From: an uncultured virus (IMG/VR IMGVR_UViG_3300010885_058378)
Taxonomy: Duplodnaviria; Heunggongvirae; Uroviricota; Caudoviricetes
Direction: 5' to 3' (one strand)
Length of the DNA stretch: 64,000 nucleotides
IMG/VR virus record: IMGVR_UViG_3300010885_058378
Coordinates: 1-64,000 of that record
The notes under the pieces: model-generated
Seen by the model: the letters and a program-made list of their open reading frames with translations, nothing else
Database searches by the model: none
What the model was told of the DNA's origin: nothing
Shown: positions 43,173 through 52,644 of the stretch, piece after piece
Layout: the number at the start of each line of letters is the position of its first letter
Numbering within the stretch: the stretch's first letter is position 1
Program-made: the position numbers and the translations under genes

Positions 43173-43552
43173 ATTATACAGAAAGTTTTGAGCAGTTTGC
43201 TAGCAGAGTAACACCAACTGATTTAGCCCTATATGCTGGAGCAGGAATTATCCTATGGATTCTATTCAAAGATAAACTAAGTCCAGTACAAAAATTCTTA
43301 GGAGACTTCATTGGTGGATTAAAGTCAAAACTTAATAATGGATCATCAGTTGTTCCTGTTGTTGTTCCAGATGTTGCTCCTGTTGTAGTATCTAAAGAAA
43401 CCAAAGAAGATACTTTTTTCAAATTAGTAGTTTCTTGGAAACAAACTAGGGATTTAGCAGTTAAGAGCGGATGCGATGAGGCTGTTAAAGTTGCTGATCA
43501 AATGTTTCCATTTTTAAGTCCAACCGTTTGCTCAAAGGAAAAAAGTGTATGA
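43169..43552 (+). CDS. membrane protein
   Basis: TM segment LALYAGAGIILWILF. Confidence 0.65.
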   Translation: MNYTESFEQFASRVTPTDLALYAGAGIILWILFKDKLSPVQKFLGDFIGGLKSKLNNGSSVVPVVVPDVAPVVVSKETKEDTFFKLVVSWKQTRDLAVKSGCDEAVKVADQMFPFLSPTVCSKEKSV

Positions 43553-44049
43553 ATCCCAAACTTAAAACAGGCCTTTTAATACTTGCTCTTGCATTATTAG
43601 GAATCGGCATACTAAAACCAGATCTGGGTTCTTTCAATAATCCAGTATCTCCTTCGGCTGTTGTTGAATTGGATGTTAAGGAGCCAGAATCAGTAGAACT
43701 CAAAGAAAAAGCAGATGCTGTGATTAAAGCATTATCTGTTGACTCTGATCGTAAAACTGATGGTTTGCGATTAGCCTATTTATATAATGATATGGCAACT
43801 TTAGTGGGTCTTGATGGAGATGATGAAGTTATTAAGAATACTGAAGAAATTAGACAGGCCAATAGACTAGCCGGTTTAATGTTAAGACTAGATATTAAGG
43901 GTAAGTACGAAGACCTACCAGAAGCTGCTCAAGCTTTAGTATTAACAGCAATTGGTGATGATAATGTTCTATTAAATAAAAACCTTAGAGCTAAAGCTGT
44001 TGAGGGTTTCAAAGCTTTATCTTGGGCCTGTTTACAAGGAAGCAAATAA
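43549..44049 (+). CDS. membrane-anchored/secreted protein
   Basis: Likely start MNPK at 43549; N-terminal hydrophobic helix. Confidence 0.65.
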   Translation: MNPKLKTGLLILALALLGIGILKPDLGSFNNPVSPSAVVELDVKEPESVELKEKADAVIKALSVDSDRKTDGLRLAYLYNDMATLVGLDGDDEVIKNTEEIRQANRLAGLMLRLDIKGKYEDLPEAAQALVLTAIGDDNVLLNKNLRAKAVEGFKALSWACLQGSK

Positions 44050-44975
44050 TGCCAAGATTTTCACCACAAGAGTTATATGATAATTATCGCAAAGGTTTTA
44101 GTGGATGCTTGTGGGAGCAGCATGTATTTGACGGACTGATGCAAAATAGCAAGTATCCATTATTTGGCGATGCTAGCAAAAAAATTAAAAGTAGTGGTAA
44201 GGGCAAATTATCAACACCATACAAGAGTGTTCTAAAATTTGAGAAAAGTCCTTACAATGAAAGACAAACTACTGGAGATTGTGTTAGTCATGGAACACGA
44301 AATGCTTGTGATGTTAGTCGGGCTGTCGAAATAGATGTAAATGGAGAAAAAGAAGCTTGGGTGGCTAAAGGAGCAACAGAAGCTATTTATGGAGCAAGAG
44401 GTCATGGTGGAGAAGGAATGAGTTGCTCTAGGGCTGCTGAATTTGTTAGTAAAAATGGCGGCATAATACTAAGACAAAATTATAAGGGAGTAGCCGACTT
44501 TACTAAGTATAATGGTAATCTAGGGGCTGGTTGGGGAGGACGAGGATTACCAGATAAGGTTATTGACTTAGCTAATGACCATCAAATTAAAACAACAAGT
44601 TTAATAAAAACAGTAGAAGAAGCAAGAGATGCTTTAGCTAATGGTTATGGTTTAGCAGTATGTTCTAATTATGGATTTAGTAATAAACGAGACAAGAAGG
44701 GAATAGCTAATACTAGCGGAAACTGGGGCCATTGTATGGCTTGGATAGCGTGTGATGATACCGGCAGTGAACCACTATTCTTAGTTCAAAATAGTTGGGG
44801 AAAATGGAATGATGGTGGCCATCCAGAATGGGGCCCCATACCAGACGGCAGTTTTTTAATACGAGCCGACGTAGCAGCAGGGATGCTTTCACAAAATGGA
44901 AGTTATGCGTTTAGTAATTTTGACGGATTCCCTGTACAAAAGCTACCATCTTACGGTTTTGAAGACTATCTATAA
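44049..44975 (+). CDS. papain-like (C1) cysteine peptidase
   Basis: Q...DCVSH (Cys), WGHCM (His), VQNSWG (Asn); likely ATG 44049. Confidence 0.85.
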   Translation: MPRFSPQELYDNYRKGFSGCLWEQHVFDGLMQNSKYPLFGDASKKIKSSGKGKLSTPYKSVLKFEKSPYNERQTTGDCVSHGTRNACDVSRAVEIDVNGEKEAWVAKGATEAIYGARGHGGEGMSCSRAAEFVSKNGGIILRQNYKGVADFTKYNGNLGAGWGGRGLPDKVIDLANDHQIKTTSLIKTVEEARDALANGYGLAVCSNYGFSNKRDKKGIANTSGNWGHCMAWIACDDTGSEPLFLVQNSWGKWNDGGHPEWGPIPDGSFLIRADVAAGMLSQNGSYAFSNFDGFPVQKLPSYGFEDYL

Positions 44976-45038
44976 TATAGTGGCCTAAAAGCTAACCTTA
45001 AGTTTGGTGTATTATATTTATACCTTTAGGGTTATATT

Positions 45039-45233
45039 ATGAAACTTTTAGATAGAATTGCTTTAAATAATCTATTACGAATAATAAGAGATCTTATTAT
45101 ACGAATGGTTGACTTTTTTGAAAAACAACAAAAACCAGTTAAGCCAGTACCAAAACCAAGTCCGAATAGACCTCGTCCTTTGAAAAATATTATCGACTTG
45201 ATACCTGTTCCATGGAGAACAAAAGATGAATAA
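45039..45233 (+). CDS. small Pro-rich protein
   Basis: 64 aa; GGTGTA motif at 45006. Confidence 0.65.
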   Translation: MKLLDRIALNNLLRIIRDLIIRMVDFFEKQQKPVKPVPKPSPNRPRPLKNIIDLIPVPWRTKDE

Positions 45234-45573
45234 AATACTATTACCAATTTTAGCAGTTGCTATGATATTTGGCTCATATGGATATCACGGATCAACAACT
45301 TCCGCAGTAACTCTTGTGGGCGGCATTGTTAAAGCACAACATACTGAGAGTGTAAAAAAATATAGACGCAAAGATTGTCCAGTATGTAAGGGTACTGGCT
45401 ATTATATTAGTGGAGATAAAATTACAAAAGTAAATTGTGGATATTGTATTCCTGACAAGAGCGATGCTCCAAAAAATCAAGTACAAAAAGAATATCCAAA
45501 AGTTATTGTTCATCCTCCAGCAACTATTCAACAAAATTGCCCAGATGGTGTTTGTCCAATTCCTAAAAAATAA
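45226..45573 (+). CDS. secreted Cys-motif protein
   Basis: Signal peptide, CPVCKGTG..CGYC, terminal CPDGVCP. Confidence 0.7.
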   Translation: MNKILLPILAVAMIFGSYGYHGSTTSAVTLVGGIVKAQHTESVKKYRRKDCPVCKGTGYYISGDKITKVNCGYCIPDKSDAPKNQVQKEYPKVIVHPPATIQQNCPDGVCPIPKK

Positions 45574-45583
45574 AGGCATAACA

Positions 45584-45982
45584 ATGGACGATAATCTCAG
45601 AGAAAAATTAAAAGCTATTGCAGAAAAAGTGTTAAAACAAGCCAATGTGCCAAATGATGAAAAGTTTGGTAGTGTTATTGCTATACTAATGATGATTAGT
45701 ATTATACTAACTGTAATTAGGGTGCTACAAGAGTGTAACAAAAATAAAACACAAGATATGACATCAGAGAACAAACAGGCCCTCTATGCTGAAAATATCA
45801 GATCTTATAGCAAAAGGCGTGGTTGGTTCACCAGACTAAGGATAAAAAGAATTATTAAAAGAGAATTGACCTCAGAAGAATATAATAAATATGGAATTAA
45901 GTTAACAGAAGCATTGTTAGATATAGGAGAAACTCTCAAGGATGATGAAGTATCAACTCTAATGGAGGCAGCAAATGTTTAG
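45584..45982 (+). CDS. membrane protein
   Basis: Likely start MDDNLREK at 45584; one TM helix. Confidence 0.65.
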   Translation: MDDNLREKLKAIAEKVLKQANVPNDEKFGSVIAILMMISIILTVIRVLQECNKNKTQDMTSENKQALYAENIRSYSKRRGWFTRLRIKRIIKRELTSEEYNKYGIKLTEALLDIGETLKDDEVSTLMEAANV

Positions 45983-46229
45983 TTTATTAATATGGTGTGT
46001 TTATGGTATATTTACCGGCAGTATTGCCAAAGCCCTAGTTCCTGGGGAAGAAAATTTTGGTTTTGTAAAAACAGTAGCGCTAGGAGTTGCTGGATCTTAT
46101 ATGGGAGGAGCCATATTATATATGTTAGGAAAATATGAGTCGTTATCTCCAACTGGTTTATTTATGGGAGTAGCAGGATCAGTTCTAACTCTGGTGCTGT
46201 ATAACAAACTCGCCACAAAACCATCTTGA
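45975..46229 (+). CDS. GlsB/YeaQ/YmgE (transglycosylase-associated) membrane protein
   Basis: W...G...G.IAKALVPG...T..LGVAGSY.GG...GS.L.L..Y pattern. Confidence 0.85.
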   Translation: MFSLLIWCVYGIFTGSIAKALVPGEENFGFVKTVALGVAGSYMGGAILYMLGKYESLSPTGLFMGVAGSVLTLVLYNKLATKPS

Positions 46230-46253
46230 CTTATTGCACGGATCGCATATAAT
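46226..46253 (+). promoter_or_regulatory. sigma70 promoter (leaderless geometry)
   Basis: TTGACT-16 nt-TATAAT, ATG 6 nt after -10 box. Confidence 0.7.
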
Positions 46254-46259
46254 ACTGTC

Positions 46260-46727
46260 ATGCGACCATCATGGACAGATTACTTTTTAGGCTTGGCAAA
46301 AGTTGTTTCTCAACGAAGCCATGACATCCAAACTCAACATGGTTGTGTGATTACAGATAACCATAATAGGATATTAGGTGTTGGTTATAATGGATTTGCT
46401 CGTGGTCTTGATGATACTAAATTGCCAAATATTAGGCCAGACAAATATCCATGGATGATTCACGCAGAAAGAAATGCTTTGTCAAATTGTATTGTTAGGC
46501 CAGATAGTGGAATAGCATATGTTACTGGCCAATGTTGCAATGACTGCATTATGGCATTATGGCAGGAAGGTGTGACAAAAGTATTTATGATCGATGATCA
46601 TGGAACAAAATTATTTGATAGCGAAGCAAAAAATAGATTTGATACATTTATAAATATGAGCCGTATAGAAATTTTTTATCTTAAACCAGATCTGTCATGG
46701 CTCAAAGATTTGTGTGGTGTATTATGA
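46260..46727 (+). CDS. dCMP deaminase
   Basis: RPSW..YF, GYNG, HAERNA, CCNDC. Confidence 0.9.
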   Translation: MRPSWTDYFLGLAKVVSQRSHDIQTQHGCVITDNHNRILGVGYNGFARGLDDTKLPNIRPDKYPWMIHAERNALSNCIVRPDSGIAYVTGQCCNDCIMALWQEGVTKVFMIDDHGTKLFDSEAKNRFDTFINMSRIEIFYLKPDLSWLKDLCGVL

Positions 46728-46861
46728 ATGCATTAGTATATTATATATCATGTGGAATATATTTCTACAACAGGTGGTTTAATGGTAGCTCAGAAACTAC
46801 AGATCTTTCTTTTCAAGCCACTGTCTTAATAGGCATAATTGTAATTTTAAATAGGAGATAG
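46724..46861 (+). CDS. small hydrophobic protein (45 aa)
   Basis: Manual translation MNALVYYISCG...VLIGIIVILNRR*; ATGA overlap, fills gap. Confidence 0.45.
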   Translation: MNALVYYISCGIYFYNRWFNGSSETTDLSFQATVLIGIIVILNRR

Positions 46862-46862
46862 T

Positions 46863-49052
46863 ATGTCGGCACTTCAAGAACTTCAGAATTATACATTTGT
46901 TAGTAAGTATGCTCGTTGGATAGAAGATAAGAATCGCAGAGAAACATGGAAGGAAGCTGTTGATCGCGTCAAAAATATGATGCATACCCAGTATCCTGAA
47001 GTAAAAGAAGATATTGATTGGGCATATGATATGATGTATAAGAAGAAGGTTCTAGGTTCACAAAGAGCATTACAGTTTGGCGGAGATCCTATTTTAAAAC
47101 GCCATAGCAAAATTTATAATTGCACGGCCTCTTATTGTGATAGGCTAAGATTCTTTCAAGAGTGTTTTTGGTTACTATTATGTGGCAGTGGCACAGGATT
47201 CAGCGTACAAAAACATCATGTATCAAAACTGCCAACTATAGAACATGATATTCCAGACAATAATGAGGGAATAAAATATATTATAGAAGATAGTATCGAA
47301 GGCTGGGCTGATGCTCTTGGAGTTCTTCTTAGTAGTTACTTTAGTAAGCCAATAGATGAATTTAAGATGTACAAAAATAGTTATGTTGTTTTTGATTATT
47401 CTCAAATTCGTCAGAAAGGTACATCATTAAGTTCTGGTGTTGGCAAAGCACCAGGATTTGAGCCTTTGCAAAACGGTCTAGAAAAAATAAGATTATTGCT
47501 TGATCGTTGTATCTCAAATGGACAGAAAAAACTTAGACCTATTGATGCTTATGATATAGTTATGCATAGTAGCGATGCTGTGTTAAGTGGTGGAGTTAGA
47601 AGGTCTGCTAGTCTGGCCTTATTTAGTCCAGATGACGAAGAAATGACTAAAGCAAAAACCGGTAACTGGTATATCGACAACCCACAGAGAGCAAGAAGCA
47701 ATAATTCTGCACTATTATTAAAAGATGAAACAACACTTGAACAATTCCAAAACTTAATGGAAAGTGTCAAGGAGTTTGGAGAACCAGGATTTATTTGGAG
47801 TGATTCTACAGAGATGGTATTCAATCCTTGTGTCGAAATTTCACTTTGGCCAGTAAATGAGAAAACAGGAGAGTCAGGATGGCAAGGGTGCAATCTATCT
47901 ACAATCAATTGTTCATCCATAGAAGATGAAGAAGATTTTTATGAAAGATGTAAGGCGGCTGCTATTATAGGAACTTTACAAGCCGGTTTTACAAAGTTAG
48001 AGTATCTTGGCACAAATAGCGAAGAGATCTTTGAAAGAGAAGCTTTGTTAGGAGTATCAATGACAGGTATCATGGAGAAACATGATCTGGTATTAACCGA
48101 ACAGGTTTTGAAAAAAGGATCAAAGATAGCCGTTGAAACCAACAAAGAAATGGCTAAAAAAATCAACATTAGACAGGCGGCTAGAGTAACTTGCTTAAAA
48201 CCAGAAGGAACAAGTTCTAGTATGCTTGGAACAAGCTCTGGCATCCATCCACATCACGCTAAAAGATACATAAGACACGTACAGGCCAATATTTTAGAAG
48301 CCCCATACCAACACTTCAAAAAACATAACCCGCAAGCCTGCTATAAATCAGCTTGGTCAGCAAATAATACCGATGAAATAATAAAGTTTCCTATTGAGGT
48401 TCCTGATGGGTCAAAACTTAAAAACCAATTACCAGCAGTAGACATGTTGGAAATAGTTAAGCAAACTCAAAAAAATTGGGTTCAAAATGGCAAGAATAAA
48501 GCTTTATGTACAAAAGATTATTTATGTCATAATGTTAGTAACACAGTTACTGTTAAGCCAGACGAATGGGATGATGTTACAAGATATATCTATAATAATA
48601 GAAAATATTTTGCTGGTATCAGTCTAATCCCACAAAGCGGAGACAAAGACTATCAACAAGCTCCATTCACAACAGTTTACACTAGTCGTGAAATAGTTAA
48701 AGAATATGGAGACGCTGCATTATGGTGTTCTGGATTAATTGAGTTAGGATTGAATGCTTTCAATAATAATCTATGGGCAGCATGTGATTATGTTAGTATG
48801 AATCAGGCAAAAGATAATGATAGTCAAGATAAACTTTTGTTTGTTACTAAAATGAAGAACTTTGCTGGTAAATATTTTGATGAAGACACCAAGCGTCTAA
48901 CATACTGCATGAAGGACGTATATAATTGGAAAATATATTGTGATCTCTATAATGGATTTAAGAAAGTAGATTATACACAACTTTTGGAAAATGAAGATAA
49001 TACTGTTGGTATAGAAGAAATAAGTTGTGCTGGTGGGGCCTGTTTACTATAG
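46863..49052 (+). CDS. nrdJ: class II (B12-dependent, RTPR-type) ribonucleotide reductase
   Basis: YNC, GTGFSV, GGVRRSA, SNNS, NPCVEI, GCNL, KPEGT, C-terminal CAGGAC; no beta-subunit gene adjacent. Confidence 0.9.
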   Translation: MSALQELQNYTFVSKYARWIEDKNRRETWKEAVDRVKNMMHTQYPEVKEDIDWAYDMMYKKKVLGSQRALQFGGDPILKRHSKIYNCTASYCDRLRFFQECFWLLLCGSGTGFSVQKHHVSKLPTIEHDIPDNNEGIKYIIEDSIEGWADALGVLLSSYFSKPIDEFKMYKNSYVVFDYSQIRQKGTSLSSGVGKAPGFEPLQNGLEKIRLLLDRCISNGQKKLRPIDAYDIVMHSSDAVLSGGVRRSASLALFSPDDEEMTKAKTGNWYIDNPQRARSNNSALLLKDETTLEQFQNLMESVKEFGEPGFIWSDSTEMVFNPCVEISLWPVNEKTGESGWQGCNLSTINCSSIEDEEDFYERCKAAAIIGTLQAGFTKLEYLGTNSEEIFEREALLGVSMTGIMEKHDLVLTEQVLKKGSKIAVETNKEMAKKINIRQAARVTCLKPEGTSSSMLGTSSGIHPHHAKRYIRHVQANILEAPYQHFKKHNPQACYKSAWSANNTDEIIKFPIEVPDGSKLKNQLPAVDMLEIVKQTQKNWVQNGKNKALCTKDYLCHNVSNTVTVKPDEWDDVTRYIYNNRKYFAGISLIPQSGDKDYQQAPFTTVYTSREIVKEYGDAALWCSGLIELGLNAFNNNLWAACDYVSMNQAKDNDSQDKLLFVTKMKNFAGKYFDEDTKRLTYCMKDVYNWKIYCDLYNGFKKVDYTQLLENEDNTVGIEEISCAGGACLL

Positions 49053-49131
49053 AACAATTTATAACTTATACTTATAAAGGTGTATTATAAAGTAGTATTT
49101 TAATACTCCTTATATAAGAAAAGGGCACACA

Positions 49132-49863
49132 TTGAGAAAAACTAATAAAAACTCAAAGAAAAAAGCTAGGGTTATTGATGCAACAAATAGTTTGGAGCCC
49201 AAAGGAGCCGCTTATAGGAATCGATTAAAACCAAGAACAGAAAACCAAAAAGAATACATAAGGACTATTGCAGAAAATACTATCACATTTTGTCAGGGTT
49301 TAGCAGGTAGTGGTAAAACACATATTGCTATAGGAATGGCTCTTGAATATCTTTTAGATGAAAAAGTAAAAAAAATTATTATTACAAGACCAATATTAGA
49401 GGCTGGAGAAAAAATGGGATACCTCCCAGGATCAGCAGAAGAAAAACTTCATCCTTATCTATTGCCGATATTAGACGAAATTGTACATTTTATAAGCTCA
49501 GCACATTATGCTTCACTGAGATTGAATAATAAAGTTGAAGTAGTTCCGCTTGGACTAATGAGAGGTCGTAATTTTCATAATGCTTTTATTGTTGCTGATG
49601 AATGTCAAAATGCTTCATATGAACAATTAAAAATGTTAATAACACGAACAGGACAATCTAGTAAAATGGTTTTAACTGGTGACGTTGCTCAGTCTGATTT
49701 AAGCAGACATTTACAAGGTGGTTTTAGCGATATGATATCGGCCCTTAATGGAGTTGAAGGTATAGGCTATTCTAAATTAGAAGCCTCAGATATTGTAAGA
49801 AATCCAATTATCTCTAAAATCTTATATAGACTTGATGACTATGAGCAGCAAAGCCGAAAATAG
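49132..49863 (+). CDS. phoH: PhoH-family ATPase
   Basis: GLAGSGKT, ITRP, GYLPG, MRGR, DECQN, GD..QSD, DIVRN. Confidence 0.95.
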   Translation: MRKTNKNSKKKARVIDATNSLEPKGAAYRNRLKPRTENQKEYIRTIAENTITFCQGLAGSGKTHIAIGMALEYLLDEKVKKIIITRPILEAGEKMGYLPGSAEEKLHPYLLPILDEIVHFISSAHYASLRLNNKVEVVPLGLMRGRNFHNAFIVADECQNASYEQLKMLITRTGQSSKMVLTGDVAQSDLSRHLQGGFSDMISALNGVEGIGYSKLEASDIVRNPIISKILYRLDDYEQQSRK

Positions 49864-50431
49864 TAAATGCTTATTATTAAACGCAGACTATGCCCCTCTG
49901 AGAATAATATCTTGGCAGAGGGCTATAGTTTGGTCTATGAGATACGAACATAATAAAAATTACGGTATTGAGATATTATCATATTATAAAGATAAGCATA
50001 TTCAAGGATCTGCCGGAAAACAGTATCCAGTTCCAGCAGTAGCTAAAACCATTAGATTTTTTAATATGTATGATAGAAAGATTAGTTTTTCAAGACATAA
50101 TTTATTTATCAGAGATAATCATACGTGTCAATATTGTGGAATTCAATTATGTTCTTCACAATTAACATATGATCATATAGTTCCAAAATGTAGATTTAAT
50201 GAGAACAAAAGATTATCAACAAATTGGAAGAATATAGTGACTGCTTGTAGACCTTGTAATCACAAGAAGGGTAATAGGACACCAAAAGAAGCAGGAATGA
50301 AACTAATAAATTCACCAATAGAGCCCAATTACTCATTAGAGTACTTGCCTTGGTTTCAGGAAGTCTCTACTATAAGGGGCGGACCTTCGTATGAATTGTG
50401 GAAACCTTTTATAAATATACAATATGCATGA
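49841..50431 (+). CDS. HNH endonuclease (McrA-like)
   Basis: LLLNADY.PL, RDNHTCQYCG, TYDHIVP, W.N.VTAC..CN..KG. Confidence 0.9.
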   Translation: MSSKAENSKCLLLNADYAPLRIISWQRAIVWSMRYEHNKNYGIEILSYYKDKHIQGSAGKQYPVPAVAKTIRFFNMYDRKISFSRHNLFIRDNHTCQYCGIQLCSSQLTYDHIVPKCRFNENKRLSTNWKNIVTACRPCNHKKGNRTPKEAGMKLINSPIEPNYSLEYLPWFQEVSTIRGGPSYELWKPFINIQYA

Positions 50432-50831
50432 TTTTATTTTTAATTCCAAACCATCAGACATATCAGAGATGTTTTATTGTTTGAAGGGCAAAGAAGACTT
50501 TATTGATACCGATGGAAATCCAAGAGTATCAGATAAAGACTCTGACATCATAGCTGCTAAATGCGTACAGAATAAAAAATCAAAAAGTTTTCAAGCAGCA
50601 TCAAATAATTATAGTTACTATATTAGAACAACCCCAAATGCTGCACTATTTAATCCAATAGAGAAACTATCTCCAATTAAAGATAAACGACAATTTGATT
50701 TTATAGATTCTACCTGTAAGGACAAGTGGATGTTTGTTGAGGTGGGAAAAACAACATTTGATAAGTATATAAAATTTCTAGTCACAAAAAACATTTCTTG
50801 GCTAAAGGAAGCCAATAGAGACTTGAAGTAA
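50424..50831 (+). CDS. hypothetical protein, paralog of 51520..51897
   Basis: Shared DFIF, YC..G, DG.PR, LFNP, TKNISWL motifs. Confidence 0.75.
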   Translation: MHDFIFNSKPSDISEMFYCLKGKEDFIDTDGNPRVSDKDSDIIAAKCVQNKKSKSFQAASNNYSYYIRTTPNAALFNPIEKLSPIKDKRQFDFIDSTCKDKWMFVEVGKTTFDKYIKFLVTKNISWLKEANRDLK

Positions 50832-50833
50832 TT

Positions 50834-51178
50834 ATGCCAACTTATTCATACAGTTGTGAAAAATGTGGTGCTGAATTTGAGCTATTCTTTTATATTAAAG
50901 ATTATCAAAGCAGCCCCAAATGTTCTGGTTGTGGATCTAAACAGACATACAGATGCTATATTAAGGATGTAGCAACACAGAACACATCTGTTAAAAAGTC
51001 AGATACAGAACTAAAAACTATTGGAGATTTAGCCAATAGGAATAGAGATAAAATGAGTGAAGACGAAAAGATCTCATTACATAATAAACATAATTCCTAT
51101 AAAGAAGAACAGCCAGTTAACGAACTGCCAAAAGGAATGAAAAGACTAAAGAAACAACCAAAGATTAAGTGGACATAA
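50834..51178 (+). CDS. FmdB-family zinc-ribbon protein
   Basis: MPTYSYSCEKCG..FE...CSGCGS. Confidence 0.85.
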   Translation: MPTYSYSCEKCGAEFELFFYIKDYQSSPKCSGCGSKQTYRCYIKDVATQNTSVKKSDTELKTIGDLANRNRDKMSEDEKISLHNKHNSYKEEQPVNELPKGMKRLKKQPKIKWT

Positions 51179-51179
51179 T

Positions 51180-51527
51180 ATGAAAGAAATAACACCAGAA
51201 GAAAAAGATAGTATTATTAATGCTCTTGACAGTATTAGAAAGCAGATGAGTGGTCAAGATTTATCAGACTATATTTCTAAAGACAATACTAAGCTCATAG
51301 AGTGTAAGCACGAAATAGTGATTAGTGTTGTTGCTAGTATTTTTGAAGAAGACGATACTGGTAATCTCATTGGAGCTAAAGAAATATCTAAAAAGAACTA
51401 TCATATTCCAGTTCCGTCAAATAAAAAATATGAAGACTATCTACATGGATTTTTTAATTTTTTAGAAAATTGTATGTCATCATCATTAGAAAAAGTAGAA
51501 GAACAAGAGGAAACAAAAAATGGATGA
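51180..51527 (+). CDS. hypothetical protein
   Basis: ORF in operon. Confidence 0.6.
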   Translation: MKEITPEEKDSIINALDSIRKQMSGQDLSDYISKDNTKLIECKHEIVISVVASIFEEDDTGNLIGAKEISKKNYHIPVPSNKKYEDYLHGFFNFLENCMSSSLEKVEEQEETKNG

Positions 51528-51897
51528 TTTTATTTTTAGTCCAAAACAAAAAACAGATTCGACAGACACCAACTATTATTGTATGGCCGGATCAGAAAAC
51601 TATACTGATGGAGATGGATTTCCAAGATCAGAAAAAGATGGAAAGAATGTTCTTGCTAAAAGAATATTTAAAACAAATTCTCAGCCGCAATATTTTATTA
51701 AGATATCCAATAGCAATAAATTATTCAACCCCCTTGGAAGCGGATTAGATGAAAAGTCATACAGTATTGTTGATAATGTCTGTAGACCATCAGACAAGTT
51801 CAGATCTGTTAATGAAAAAGTCTTTAATTTATATCTTAATTTTTTATCCACAAAGAACATATCATGGTTAACTAGAGCAGAAAGAGAGATCATATAA
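51520..51897 (+). CDS. hypothetical protein, paralog of 50424..50831
   Basis: Shared motifs with 50424..50831. Confidence 0.75.
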   Translation: MDDFIFSPKQKTDSTDTNYYCMAGSENYTDGDGFPRSEKDGKNVLAKRIFKTNSQPQYFIKISNSNKLFNPLGSGLDEKSYSIVDNVCRPSDKFRSVNEKVFNLYLNFLSTKNISWLTRAEREII

Positions 51898-52220
51898 TGC
51901 CTAAACTGAATAAAACACAAAAATATGCAATACAATGGTTACACTCAACAGGATTAAGTTCTGACGCTATAGCAAAAGAACTGAATGTAACCACAGAACA
52001 GGTTGTTTCATTAGTGCCAAAAGTAGAAATAGTAGCAAGTCCAACAACAGCGACTATTCCTTCGGCAAAAGATTTGATGATAACCCACACATCTGGTAAA
52101 AAGATTAACTCTATTGCCATAATGACAAAAGAGGCATCACAGATTGGAGACGAATCTAAAAAGTCTGCTCCACCACAGATTAATGAAGATAAAAAAGGAA
52201 TCTTTAGACCAAAGAAATAA
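51897..52220 (+). CDS. HTH-containing protein
   Basis: GLSSDAIAKELNVTTEQV HTH-like segment. Confidence 0.6.
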   Translation: MPKLNKTQKYAIQWLHSTGLSSDAIAKELNVTTEQVVSLVPKVEIVASPTTATIPSAKDLMITHTSGKKINSIAIMTKEASQIGDESKKSAPPQINEDKKGIFRPKK

Positions 52221-52221
52221 T

Positions 52222-52644
52222 ATGTATCCATCAAGATACTCAAATGGGAAAACTGTCTCTGCTGCTCAATATATAACAGAGTTGATATGTGAGCATAAGG
52301 CGACAATGGAAAAATTGGATCTTCATTATAGATTTTGGACCAATAAAGAATGGTCTAAGTACTATAGAGATCAGATAGCAACAGCAAATAAGTTATTAAA
52401 AAAATATAGTGCCAAAGCTATTATCAGAGCCTTAAATGATAAAAAAGCAGAGAGAATCTATTCTTTGCGAGCACCTCATCTGTTGGCTATAATAGACCAT
52501 CATGAAACTCTGCTAGGATCAGAAAACACAGAGCTAACAGAGAATATTGACAGATCAGAGAAAAAAACTTTTAGACATAAAACAAATACAAAACAAGGCA
52601 TACTTTCTAAGTTAAAGGAATTAGATGATGGCAACAACTCTTAA
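52222..52644 (+). CDS. hypothetical protein
   Basis: Likely start MYPSRY at 52222. Confidence 0.65.
   Translation: MYPSRYSNGKTVSAAQYITELICEHKATMEKLDLHYRFWTNKEWSKYYRDQIATANKLLKKYSAKAIIRALNDKKAERIYSLRAPHLLAIIDHHETLLGSENTELTENIDRSEKKTFRHKTNTKQGILSKLKELDDGNNS

Noticed and set aside
46716..46721. GGTGTA copy at the end of dCMP deaminase as a promoter
   Set aside because: Lies 2 nt before a small ORF start, lacks the N8-TA and may be coincidental or an RBS-like GGTG
46863..49052. Intein or intron in the ribonucleotide reductase
   Set aside because: Continuous 729-aa ORF with normally spaced motifs and no intein signatures
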